This document shows, piece after piece, positions 28,730-38,160 of a stretch of 64,000 nt of DNA (position 1 is its first letter; every line of letters starts with the position of its first letter). The notes beneath the pieces are model-generated. The model worked only from the letters and a program-made list of their open reading frames with translations. It was not told the origin of the DNA and did not search any database. A program made the translations under genes and the position numbers. Location of the stretch: contig CBDCTZ010000015.1 in the NCBI GenBank assembly GCA_965222375.1, forward strand, positions 320,001 through 384,000. Direction: 5' to 3'. The stretch is from Polyangiaceae bacterium. Its GTDB lineage: Bacteria > Myxococcota_A > Polyangia > Polyangiales > Polyangiaceae.

Positions 28730-29071
28730 CGAGGAACACGAAGGCAACTCTTGGCTGGCGGAGTCTGCGTTCTCTCGCCGACGGAGTTAGCACGACAACG
28801 TGTCAGGACGCGCCGTGTCTGGCTGCGTCGCAGCGATCCTCCAGCGCCGCGCCCTTCGACGAGGTACAACCGGTGCTTCAACGCAGAGCCGTGTGACTCT
28901 CGGTCGCTTGCCCGGTAGAACACCGCGCGCTAGCGTTTCCGACATGCTTCCCCGATGGGTCGCCGGCGCGCTGGCCATCTCACTTCCGTTCCGGTCGATG
29001 ACGCCGCGATGCTCGAGCCCACACACCCAGCGCGACTGAGGGGCGCGCTGGGTGTCCCGGCCTAGACGGGC

Positions 29072-29620
29072 GTGGTTTCGAGTCTTACCCTGCGCAGCGT
29101 GGCAAAGCCTGCAGCACAGAGGTCCGAGCGCCATTCGAGCCGGCGACCGAGCGCCAGGTCGCAGCCGCGGCTCGGGGCAGCCCTGGCCGTGCTGGCAGCG
29201 CTGCTGGCGTGCAAGGGCTCTGCGCCCAAGGGCGATCCGGAACTGGAGCAGCGCGTGGGCACTCAGATCCGCCGGGCTCCGGCTGGAGACTTGGCTACGG
29301 TTTTTGCAAATGAAACCAAGAGCGCGGCTTCGGAGGGACGTCAGGCGCTGCTCTACGTTGGCGCGTCCTGGTGCAAGCCCTGCAAGGTGTTCAAGAACCA
29401 TGTGCGGGCAGGCAAGTATGACCGCGAGTTTCCGAAGCTGCGCTTCATCGAATTCGACGGCGGCTACGATCAAGACCGATTGGGTGCCGCGGGCTGCCAA
29501 TCACCGAGCATCCCGCTATTTGCCAACGTCGACGGCAGCGGGCGCTGCGCCAAGAACTACAGTGGCTACGGAAGCCCTCGCTCGATGACGCGTCAGTTCC
29601 GCATCCTCTTGACCCAGTAG
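29072..29620 (+). CDS. Thioredoxin-like lipoprotein
   Basis: LLAC lipobox; LLYVGASWCKPC; start uncertain, may be further downstream. Confidence 0.75.
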   Translation: MVSSLTLRSVAKPAAQRSERHSSRRPSARSQPRLGAALAVLAALLACKGSAPKGDPELEQRVGTQIRRAPAGDLATVFANETKSAASEGRQALLYVGASWCKPCKVFKNHVRAGKYDREFPKLRFIEFDGGYDQDRLGAAGCQSPSIPLFANVDGSGRCAKNYSGYGSPRSMTRQFRILLTQ

Positions 29621-29740
29621 GCGCATGCTCGAAAAGGCCTCCCGGGCGCCGGTTCGAGATTAGTGCACCCGGTCGACCTAGAGACACGACCCTAAAAACC
29701 CAAACCTCCAACTCGACGCCCCCGGCGAATACAATGGGCG

Positions 29741-30913
29741 TCAGCCGCTGCTCAACACGTCTCGCGCGATGAGCAAGCGCTGAACCTCGCTGGTGCCTTC
29801 GTAGATCCGAGTCACCCGCACGTCGCGGTACAGCCGCTCGATGGAAAACTCCGTCGAATAGCCATACCCGCCATGCAGTTGAAGCATGCAGTCAACAATG
29901 TTGCTCGCCGCTTCGGAAGCGAACAGCTTGGCCATGCTCGTTTCCGCTGCCGCGCGCTCGCCAGCGTCGACGAGTTTGGCGGCCCGGAGCGTGAGCAGCC
30001 ATGCGGCGTCGAGGTTCATCCGCGAATCCGCGAAGGCGAATTGCGAGTTCTGGAAGTCCGCGACTCGCTGGCCAAAAGCCCGACGGTCCTTGGCATAGCT
30101 GAGCCCCTCGGCGAGCGCGGATTCCGCAATACCGACACAGACCGCGGCAATACCAACACGACCTTCGGTGAGGGACTCGAGGGCGATGGGGTAGCCGCCG
30201 TCCCGGGGCCCGATCATGTTGGCGGCGGGCACGCGGCAGCCTTCGAAGGAAAGCGCGACCGTACCGGAAGCTCGCTGTCCCATCTTGTCCTCGTGTTTGC
30301 CGATTCGAAAACCCGGCGCGTCTTTCTCCACAGCAAAGCAGCTGATGCCTTTGGGGCCGGGACCGCCCGTGCGGGCGAATACCAATGTGACGCCGGCGTG
30401 GCCGCCGCTGGTGATCCACATCTTCTCGCCGTCGAGGATCCACTCGTCGCCTTCGAGGCGTGCCTTTGTGGTGAGGGCCGCTGCGTCGGAGCCGCAGGCG
30501 GGTTCGCTGAGGGCAAACGCCGCGGGGCCCGGACTCCCCGCGAAGGAAAGGCCCCAACAGTCGCTCACGCTGCTCTTCGCTACCGTGATCGAACAGGACT
30601 TTCGCCGTGAGGTTGCTGGAGGCGACGATGGTTGCCGTCGAAACACAGCTCGCGGCGATGGCTTCCATTGCCAGCGCGAAGCCCACGTTGTCCGTGCCTG
30701 CTCCTCCGACTTCTGCGGGCACCTTCATTGCCAGCAGACCAAGGTTGGCGGCTTCTTGCACCTCTTCGAGGGGGAACACGCCAGTGCGGTCCCCGCTCGG
30801 CAGCTTTGGGTGCCAGGCGGCGCTGTGCGAAGTCCTCGCGCGGCGGCGCCGATCATCAGTTGCTCTTCGCTCAAATCGAAGCCCATTCGCGTCAGCTGGG
30901 TGTCCTGCTGCAT
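29741..30913 (-). CDS. Acyl-CoA dehydrogenase (short/branched-chain type) with three apparent +1 frameshifts
   Basis: Frames join as MGFDLSEEQLMI-DFAQRRLAP-DRTGVFPLE...AFALSEPACGSD, GEKMWITSG, GRVGIAA, QLHGGYGY, IYEGTSEVQR; RBS GGAG before ATG 30913. Confidence 0.85.
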
Positions 30914-31149
30914 ATTGCTCTCCAAGCCGTTTCTTGGCTCATCGTCGCCGCGGGGGAAAGCGTCGAATGGGCACAATCGACGAGAACGTTGACCTCGGAC
31001 CGAGAGCCAGATGTGCGGGCAATGCCTGCATTGACCGCCAAGCCAAAACGCGAAAAAATCGTGTTCATGGCAGCGCAGCACTGCTTCGGCGTTTTTGCCT
31101 GCGCGGCATCGGCGTCAGCGCCTCATGCTGAGGGATCGGGGGCTAGCGG

Positions 31150-31644
31150 TCACGGCCCTTTGACGCACATGCCGGCGACCAAATCCGGCTGCACTTTGCA
31201 CAGGCCCCGCTCTTTGCACAAAGCCGACTGCTTGCAATCCGCGTCGGTCGCCGCCACACAAGCCTTCCGACGCAGGGTGCACTTACCTCGCTTGCGGCAA
31301 GCCTCGCTCTTCTGACAATCTGCTGGTTCGGTGCTGATGCAGTTGCCGATGCCGGCATGATAAGTGCAGCCACCGCCGATGCGGCAGCGATCGCTGGCCC
31401 GACAACGCTCGTGGGCTTTGGCCTTGCTCAGACAAGTCCCCGGGCCACTCCCGGCGGTGTAACAAACCAGGCCCTTCGCGCAGCGAGGCCCGCCCGCTTG
31501 ATCCGTTTTGGCACATTCTGCACCTGCTCCCGGCTTGCTGCACGCGATCAGCAGCAGCGAGGTCAGCAGTACGGCTGACGCGTGGAGGAGCGCTGTCTGG
31601 GAGAGGCGATTGTGGCGATCGCCGATTCGCGGATGGATTCGCAT
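31150..31644 (-). CDS. Small Cys-rich, basic lipoprotein
   Basis: LLLIAC lipobox; repeated DC..S..C...G.C units. Confidence 0.72.
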   Translation of the reverse strand: MRIHPRIGDRHNRLSQTALLHASAVLLTSLLLIACSKPGAGAECAKTDQAGGPRCAKGLVCYTAGSGPGTCLSKAKAHERCRASDRCRIGGGCTYHAGIGNCISTEPADCQKSEACRKRGKCTLRRKACVAATDADCKQSALCKERGLCKVQPDLVAGMCVKGP

Positions 31645-31742
31645 TCCTCGAGACAGTCTTCGGACCATCCCGCTAGCGTACATGAGTCTGTACACTCCAG
31701 CGCCCTTTCCAGGGTGGCTGGAACCTCGCAGGCGTTGCCCGC

Positions 31743-32063
31743 TCAGCGTTTGATCGCGGCATGGGCGGTCAGAAGCCCCGCAGCCAGAACGAAGGTCGGC
31801 ACCACCAACACCGCGCTGGCGTACAACACGAGGTAGAGCAGGCCCCGCAAGACCGATGATCCGTAGCTGCCGGCAGTGGCCGGCAGGGTGCCGGAGAGAA
31901 TGCTGATGCTGTCGCGCAGGCCCGCGAGGTGCGCGAGCGCAAAAGTGAGTCCGAGACCCAGCGCGACGGCGAGCAGTGCTTTGGGCGACACACCATTTTG
32001 TGAGGTTGCGTCGGGCTGCAGCGCGGCCTCGCAATCAGGGTCAGCTGGCGGCGAGTGCTTCAC
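31743..32063 (-). CDS. Small membrane protein, translationally coupled to the upstream gene
   Basis: GTGA overlap at 32060-32063; 2-3 hydrophobic helices. Confidence 0.65.
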   Translation of the reverse strand: MKHSPPADPDCEAALQPDATSQNGVSPKALLAVALGLGLTFALAHLAGLRDSISILSGTLPATAGSYGSSVLRGLLYLVLYASAVLVVPTFVLAAGLLTAHAAIKR

Positions 32064-33322
32064 CTATCGCTCCCCGCGTTGATACGGTCCCAAGCGGGGC
32101 CAAGCAGTGTCGAGTACAGCAGCACGGCGTCCCCGACTTGGTTGCCAGCGGCGAAGCGCAAGGTGTCTTGCTCTCGCAGAGGGAAGCCACCGAGCAAGAT
32201 GGCTCGACTGAGGGACTGGTAGTAGCGCTGGTCATCAAAGGCGGCCGCGCCGACGAAGGCCAAGCCGCTGGAGCCGGCGCTAGCGTCCAGGACCGGGATG
32301 ACCGGGCCCGAGTCCACGTCAGCTCCATTCTGCCAGGATGCGGGCCACTCGCTGGCGTAGCCAAAGCCCACGAACTCCTTGCCGAGTTCGGCGCGCGCGC
32401 GGCGATACTGATCGCCAGCAAACTCAGCATTGATGATCTGCAACGCGTGGGCGCTCATCCAGATGCTCGAGCCTTCGGGACCGTCGAGCACCTTGCCGTC
32501 CACGGTGTAGCTAGAGACGAGCAAACCCGTTTCGGGATCGACGAGGTTGTTTTTCGCGGTTGCGACCCAGCGCCGCAGCAGCCGCGAGTGATCCGAACCG
32601 TCCAAATGGTCTGCAACCCGCATCGCCGCCAGGGCGATGGTGTTGCAGAAGGTCCAGCATTCGTTGGGATAGCTTTCCGCGGATAGCACCGGGCTCTTCC
32701 CCATGCGCTCAGCCATGACACGCACGCGCTGCTCGAGAGGAGCGCGGTACTCGGCTTTTTCCGCGACCATTCTGCGCAAGCCCAACATCAGCGCGATCTC
32801 GCCGTCGAGGAACTGGCTGCGCGCCGGCGCGGTCACGAAGTCCCCTCGCTGAGCATAGGGCATCAGGAAGTGGAACATTCCGCGCTCGCGCTCTAGCTTC
32901 AGCGTTTCGTCGATGATGCGATCCATCACGACGAGGTTCTCAGCCTGGGTGCTCGGATCTCGGAGGCTGAGGTTGGCGAGGGACCAAACTAGGAAGCTGC
33001 GCCCCATGAAATCCCATTCCGCATTCGTGCTACGCATGCGATCGAGTTGGCCTTGGCGAAGCTCCGGGTCCGCCCAGAGCGCGGTGTGGCGCTTCGCAAG
33101 CTGGCGGGCGGCGGTCGAGACTCCTTGGGTGCGCAGGGGCTCCCTCGGCTCGAAGAAGAAGCGCAGGCCCAAGAGACACACGGCCAGGGATGCCCCAAGA
33201 GCGATGACCGTCGCGAGAAGGCTGGCCCGGCGCTGGAGGGCCGATCCCAGCCGGGCTGCGCCGCCGCCAGCGGGCGGCGCAGCCGACTCTTGGGGGATGG
33301 GCTGCGAGACTTGGAGGTCCAC
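32060..33322 (-). CDS. Linalool dehydratase/isomerase-like (alpha/alpha barrel) protein with N-terminal membrane anchor
   Basis: ESYPNECWTFCN, DPETGLL, GDVDSGP-like ADVDSGPVIP and VGDAVLL motifs recalled from LinD-like proteins; N-terminal TM. Confidence 0.6.
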   Translation of the reverse strand: MDLQVSQPIPQESAAPPAGGGAARLGSALQRRASLLATVIALGASLAVCLLGLRFFFEPREPLRTQGVSTAARQLAKRHTALWADPELRQGQLDRMRSTNAEWDFMGRSFLVWSLANLSLRDPSTQAENLVVMDRIIDETLKLERERGMFHFLMPYAQRGDFVTAPARSQFLDGEIALMLGLRRMVAEKAEYRAPLEQRVRVMAERMGKSPVLSAESYPNECWTFCNTIALAAMRVADHLDGSDHSRLLRRWVATAKNNLVDPETGLLVSSYTVDGKVLDGPEGSSIWMSAHALQIINAEFAGDQYRRARAELGKEFVGFGYASEWPASWQNGADVDSGPVIPVLDASAGSSGLAFVGAAAFDDQRYYQSLSRAILLGGFPLREQDTLRFAAGNQVGDAVLLYSTLLGPAWDRINAGSDR

Positions 33323-33379
33323 GGGTCTTAGTTAAACCCGCACCGGTGCAGTCCGTTGGGAGGCCGCGTGGAGAGCGTG

Positions 33380-33590
33380 TGGAGAAACCTCAAGGTCATC
33401 ATCCCGAAACGCAGAGAGCTACCCTCGTTGCTCGTTGCGTCGAAGGGCGTTCCGCAACGGGCAGCGGGCACGGAAATGCCTGTGGGAGCCTGCGCGAAAC
33501 CGGTAGCCGAGCCCGAGTAGACATCCCAACGGGACTGTCCGACGGCGGCGCCGCAGCCGTCGCTAGTCACGATCAGATCCGGGCGCCACC
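33380..33590 (-). pseudogene. Gene fragment resembling a secreted repeat (FG-GAP/VCBS-like) protein
   Basis: RPDLIVTSDGC...RWDVYSGSATGFA, with no credible start or full-length context. Confidence 0.35.
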
Positions 33591-33874
33591 AGTCCAATCA
33601 CGAAGGACAACGCAAGCTGCTTTCGAGTTTCCACGACGTAGCGTTCAGCAACTATCCTGCCGAAGAAAACCGCCGAAGAACCGCAGCAAGGCTGTGGCAC
33701 CAAAGCCTCAGCTGCACGAATGGATGAGGCTCGACCCGAGTTGGCCGGTGCCTCGAGGTCGCGGAGGCCAAGCCGGCCAAACGCAGTAGAGTGTACCGCG
33801 CCTAGCGTCGGCTACTCCTCTGGTCACCCCTGACTGTTGCGGGGCATCCGGGCGAAGATCACAGCTGAGACTCG

Positions 33875-34699
33875 ATGAGACGATACGACCTCGATAGCTT
33901 GGAAAACCGTGACCCCGATCTGATTGCATCTACCTGGGCACGGATAAGGCCGATCCTCGACGCGTTCTTTCACCCGGTCGTGCGTGGCATCGATCGGATC
34001 CCAAGCGGCCCGGCGTTGTATGTGGGCAACCACAATGGCTCCATGTCCTGGGACTCCTTCACGTTCTTCGGCGAAGTGTTCCAGCAGCGGGGCATTGACT
34101 ACGTGCCGTATGCACTCGGACATGAGCTCACCATGCGGTTACCGCCATTCCACCAAGTGTTCGTACCTTTGGGCGCGATTCGCGCCTCTCACGAGAACGC
34201 TTCCCGCGTCTTTGAGCGAGGCAACAAGCTGCTCGTTTACCCAGGCAGCGACTACGACGCTTTTCGTGCATATCGCGATCGCGATCGCATCATTTTCGGG
34301 CCGCGTCGGGGCTATGTGCGATTGGCGTTGCGAGAGCGCGTCCCGATTGTTCCGGTCGTGTCCGCCGGCGCTCATTCCGTGTTCTACGTTATCGACGACG
34401 GACAGTGGCTCGCGAAGGCTCTGAGACTCGATCGACTCTTTCGGGCCAAGGCCTGGCCCATCACTCTTTCGATCCCTTGGGGGCTCACGATCGGACCTCC
34501 TCCTCCTTACATCCCGTGGCCGTCGAAGTTCTTCCAGGAAGCACTCGACCCGATCATGTTTGAGCCCACGGGGCCCGACGCGGCTGCGGACGACGTCTAC
34601 GTCGAATCCTGCCACGACCTAGTGCTGACCTCCATGCAACGCGCCATGAACCGACTCGTGGCGGAGCGAAGGGCGTCCCGTAAGACTGCCCGACACTAG
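33875..34699 (+). CDS. Lysophospholipid acyltransferase (PlsC/DGAT2-like)
   Basis: VGNHNGSMSWD, LLVYPG, GYVRLALRERVPIVPV. Confidence 0.88.
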   Translation: MRRYDLDSLENRDPDLIASTWARIRPILDAFFHPVVRGIDRIPSGPALYVGNHNGSMSWDSFTFFGEVFQQRGIDYVPYALGHELTMRLPPFHQVFVPLGAIRASHENASRVFERGNKLLVYPGSDYDAFRAYRDRDRIIFGPRRGYVRLALRERVPIVPVVSAGAHSVFYVIDDGQWLAKALRLDRLFRAKAWPITLSIPWGLTIGPPPPYIPWPSKFFQEALDPIMFEPTGPDAAADDVYVESCHDLVLTSMQRAMNRLVAERRASRKTARH

Positions 34700-34790
34700 C
34701 GGTGCGCCCGTTCGCAGCGCACAGGGAACCGCTGGTCTCACGGGAAACCCCAGCCTGCTGGCGAAGCAGGCGCCGACAGGGGCGGGGCCC

Positions 34791-36230
34791 TCAACTGGCA
34801 GCTGAGATGACGTGTTGGGCGGCCTTCTTGCCGTGGCGAAAGGCCTGCTCGTTCATGGGCACCATAGCGCATTTGGCCTTGAGGCTGATCCGTAGAGCGG
34901 TCAGGTACGATTCCTCTTCCATGATCTGCGTTGCGGCCTGGAGTGCCCCGAGCGCCACGACGTTTTTCACCACGACCGAGCCGAGCTCCTGGGCGATCTT
35001 GGCACAAGGCACAGGCACGACCTTCACATCCGCGGCGACCTTTGGAGCGTTCTTGATCATGCTCGAGTCGTAGATGACGATCCCACCCGGTCGGACGCTC
35101 GACGCGAATTTGTCCAAGCTGGGTGCGTTGAAAGCCAGGAGCACATGGGGATTGGGCGCAGAGGGCGACAACACTTCGTCACGCGCAACGTGCACGTCCG
35201 CATAAGACGTACCTCCCCGTGACTCGGGACCGTAGCTAGGAATGTGGGTCGCGTCGAAGCCTTCATTGATGGCGGCCTTGGTCATGAGCAAGGCCGCGGT
35301 CTGGGCGCCATCGCCTCCAGCCCCGGCGAGTTTGATGGATACGTCCGATGGGTCGAGATGCTCGGGAAAGGTCTTGCAGAAGGTCGGCGGTGTCTCGGCG
35401 CTTGCGTCGATCACACTCGCCACGGTTTGAGGATCGAAGTTGGGCTTACCCGGGTCGAACCAAGACTCCCGCACTTCATCTTTGACTACACCGAGAGGAT
35501 ACGTCTTGGTGAGCACGTTCTTGACGTGCTGCTCCGCCTCGGTGGGGCTCATCTTCCAGTGGATCGGGCATTCGCTCAGAATCTCCACGAAGCCGAAGCC
35601 GCGGCCTTCGACCTGCATCTTGAGCGCCTTCTTGATCGCCTTCTTGGCGGCCTTGCGCTGTTTCTGATCGAAAAGGGCGCAGCGCTCCACGTAGGAAGCG
35701 CCGTCCAACTGGGCAATGACTTCCGAGACATGCATGGGCTGACCCTGCATGGGGCCGCGGCCATCGGGAGTGGTGGAGGACACCTGCCCCATCAGCGTGG
35801 TCGGAGCCATCTGGCCGCCAGTCATGCCGTAGATGGCGTTGTTGATGAAGACGACGCTGATCGGGATCCCGAGCTGAGCCGCGTGCATGATCTCGGCGAG
35901 ACCGATCGACGCGAGATCCCCATCGCCCTGGTAGCTGACGACGATGGAATTCGGGTTCGCAAGCTTGTGCCCGAGCGCGACGGCGGGCGCACGGCCATGC
36001 GCGGCTTGGGTATTACCCGTGTCGAAGTAGTAGAACAGGAACACGGCGCAGCCCACGGGCGAGATCATCACGGTGCGCTCTTGCACCTCCAGCTCGACCA
36101 GGGCTTCCGCCAAATACTTGTGGGCCAGTCCGTGACCGCAGCCGGGACAATAGTGGGTGGCCGCACCCTTCAGACCTTTGCCGTGGGCGTGTCGGTCGAA
36201 ATGCTCGAGGAAGGCAAGACTAGTCATCAC
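34791..36230 (-). CDS. 2-oxoacid:ferredoxin oxidoreductase, fused beta-gamma subunit (VOR-like)
   Basis: HYCPGCGHG, YQGDGD, NNAIYGMTGGQMAPTT (beta); AGAGGDG, SYGPESRGGTS (gamma). Confidence 0.92.
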   Translation of the reverse strand: MMTSLAFLEHFDRHAHGKGLKGAATHYCPGCGHGLAHKYLAEALVELEVQERTVMISPVGCAVFLFYYFDTGNTQAAHGRAPAVALGHKLANPNSIVVSYQGDGDLASIGLAEIMHAAQLGIPISVVFINNAIYGMTGGQMAPTTLMGQVSSTTPDGRGPMQGQPMHVSEVIAQLDGASYVERCALFDQKQRKAAKKAIKKALKMQVEGRGFGFVEILSECPIHWKMSPTEAEQHVKNVLTKTYPLGVVKDEVRESWFDPGKPNFDPQTVASVIDASAETPPTFCKTFPEHLDPSDVSIKLAGAGGDGAQTAALLMTKAAINEGFDATHIPSYGPESRGGTSYADVHVARDEVLSPSAPNPHVLLAFNAPSLDKFASSVRPGGIVIYDSSMIKNAPKVAADVKVVPVPCAKIAQELGSVVVKNVVALGALQAATQIMEEESYLTALRISLKAKCAMVPMNEQAFRHGKKAAQHVISAAS

Positions 36231-37603
36231 GACACCTCCTGAATCGTGCGCACCTTGTCGTAGACCTCTTGATCGTCCGGCAAGATGCCGCCCATGTGGC
36301 GCAAGTGGTGGATCTTCACGTCTCGGGTGTCAGCGTGGTGCAGCGCGAGACGCATTTCATCTTCCAACTGACCATCGCTGGCTTCGACTACGAGTACGTC
36401 TTGGGCCTTTTTCAGCAGGGGACGCAGCGCGTCGACGGGGAACGGCCACACGGTGATTGGCTGAAACAAACCGACTGAGCGGTTCTCTCTGCGCAAACGT
36501 TCGACGGCAGCTTTCGCCATGCGCGCGGGTGTGTTGCACGCAACCACGATGACGTCCGCCCCCTCGGTGCGGAACTCCTTGGAGCGCTGCTCCGTGCGCT
36601 CCATCTCGCGGTACTTCTCGCACAGCATCTCGTTGTGGCGTTCCAGGTCTGCCCAGTCCTGGAAGATGGAGCTGTTCAGGTTGCCTTGGTGTGCGGCGTC
36701 GCCCCAGACCGCCCAATCCGGCAGGCCAGGCTCGATCATGTGGTCCGGCAGGTTCACGCGGCCCGTGATCTGGCCGAGGTAGCCATCCGCCGCGACAATC
36801 ACGGGGTTGCGGTACTTGAAGGACAGCTCGAAGGCATCCATGGTCAAGTCGAGCATCTCCTGGGGCGTGGTCGGCGCCAGAACGATGGCGTGGGTGTTGC
36901 CGTGTCCAAGGCCGCGACAGGCGAGCTTGATGTCGGATTGCTCCGGGCCAATGTAACCGAGACCGGGCCCGGGTCGCATCACGTTGATGAACACCGACGG
37001 CAGCTGGGTGCCGATCAAGTAGGAGATCCCTTCGAGCATCAGGCTGAAGCCGGGTGAGCTCGTGAAGGTCATCGTGGGCAGGCCCGCACCGCCGCAGCCG
37101 TACATGTGATTGACCGTGGCAACCTCGCTGCACGCTTGAAGAAACACTCCGTGCAGCCGGGGCAGAAGTGCAGATAGGAGCTCCGCTCCCTCCGTGGATG
37201 GCGTGATGGGGTAGCCAAATACGTGGCGGCAGCCGGCCAAAATCGCACCGACCGCAGCGGCGTAGTTGCCCTTGAGCACCATGGGCTCCAACTTGGGCAG
37301 CGCAATGCGTTTGTCGGGAGTGCTCTCGGGCTTGGGTCGGACACGCTCTTTTTCGCCGAAGAGCATCGACGGATCTTCCAATTCGTAGCCCGGACGTGCG
37401 AGGCCATAGGGCTCCGGGCACGCGGAGATGCACAGGCCGCAGTGATTACAAATGTCGTAGTCGATCGTGACCGGTATCAATCCCGACGCTTGATTGATGT
37501 CACTGCCCATACTGATGGCGTGCTTGGGACACGCTTCGATACAGCGGCCGCACCCTTTGCACAGCTCGGTGGTCAGGACTACCGGGGGTCGTTCTTTCGC
37601 CAT
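36227..37603 (-). CDS. 2-oxoacid:ferredoxin oxidoreductase, fused ferredoxin(delta)-alpha subunit (VOR-like)
   Basis: CKGCGRCIEACP and CNHCGLCISACP; GYPITPS, TSSPGFSLMLEG, RPGPGLG; ATGA overlap with the next gene. Confidence 0.92.
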   Translation of the reverse strand: MAKERPPVVLTTELCKGCGRCIEACPKHAISMGSDINQASGLIPVTIDYDICNHCGLCISACPEPYGLARPGYELEDPSMLFGEKERVRPKPESTPDKRIALPKLEPMVLKGNYAAAVGAILAGCRHVFGYPITPSTEGAELLSALLPRLHGVFLQACSEVATVNHMYGCGGAGLPTMTFTSSPGFSLMLEGISYLIGTQLPSVFINVMRPGPGLGYIGPEQSDIKLACRGLGHGNTHAIVLAPTTPQEMLDLTMDAFELSFKYRNPVIVAADGYLGQITGRVNLPDHMIEPGLPDWAVWGDAAHQGNLNSSIFQDWADLERHNEMLCEKYREMERTEQRSKEFRTEGADVIVVACNTPARMAKAAVERLRRENRSVGLFQPITVWPFPVDALRPLLKKAQDVLVVEASDGQLEDEMRLALHHADTRDVKIHHLRHMGGILPDDQEVYDKVRTIQEVS

Positions 37604-38160
37604 CGCGAACCCATCCCTTCTGCGACGCTACCTGTGGCAGCGTGGCGCGATCCGGGATGCCACAGCGCATCGAAGACGACCAGGGCTCGCGCCGACAAAG
37701 CCGTGGCCGGCGGCCGTGTCTGGCGAGTTGCGACGACGCCGACTGACATCCGTCATCTCGCAAGAACCGAGCGAGTTTCGACCTTGCAACCGCGCGAAAA
37801 TCTACGAGCAGGATCCGCGCACTTGGCAACGCCGTTTAACTGGCTGGTTTCGCACCAGCGCCGGCGTGGCAGCTGCCTCAAATGGCCGACCGAGAAGCTG
37901 GAGCGAAGGGCGGCGGCCTGGTTGGCGAACTTTGTTCGAGCTGGTTTGGCTGGGGTCGAGCGATGCGCTTCGTGACACCCGACGGGGTGATGTGTCGGCG
38001 CCGCAAGGCGAGCCGCCACCAAGTTGGCCATGGGAACGCCAGCGACAATCGGCAGCACAAGCGCACAGAATGACCCAGGGACAGGACGATGTTGTAGACA
38101 ATCTTGCAGGTAGTCTCGGTGCGCTGGACGTGGTGGCCACTCGCATCGCATGCTTGCCAG

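Noticed and set aside
28886..28900. GAGCCGTGTGA resembles the start of group II intron domain V
   Set aside because: No complementary 3' arm (ACGGTTC), no domain VI and no RT ORF
29365..29385. Second selenoprotein in the thioredoxin-like gene
   Set aside because: The motif is an ordinary WCKPC with TGC codons
30524..30835. Programmed ribosomal frameshifting in the acyl-CoA dehydrogenase
   Set aside because: No slippery heptamers; three shifts in one housekeeping gene, with similar indels elsewhere, point to sequencing error
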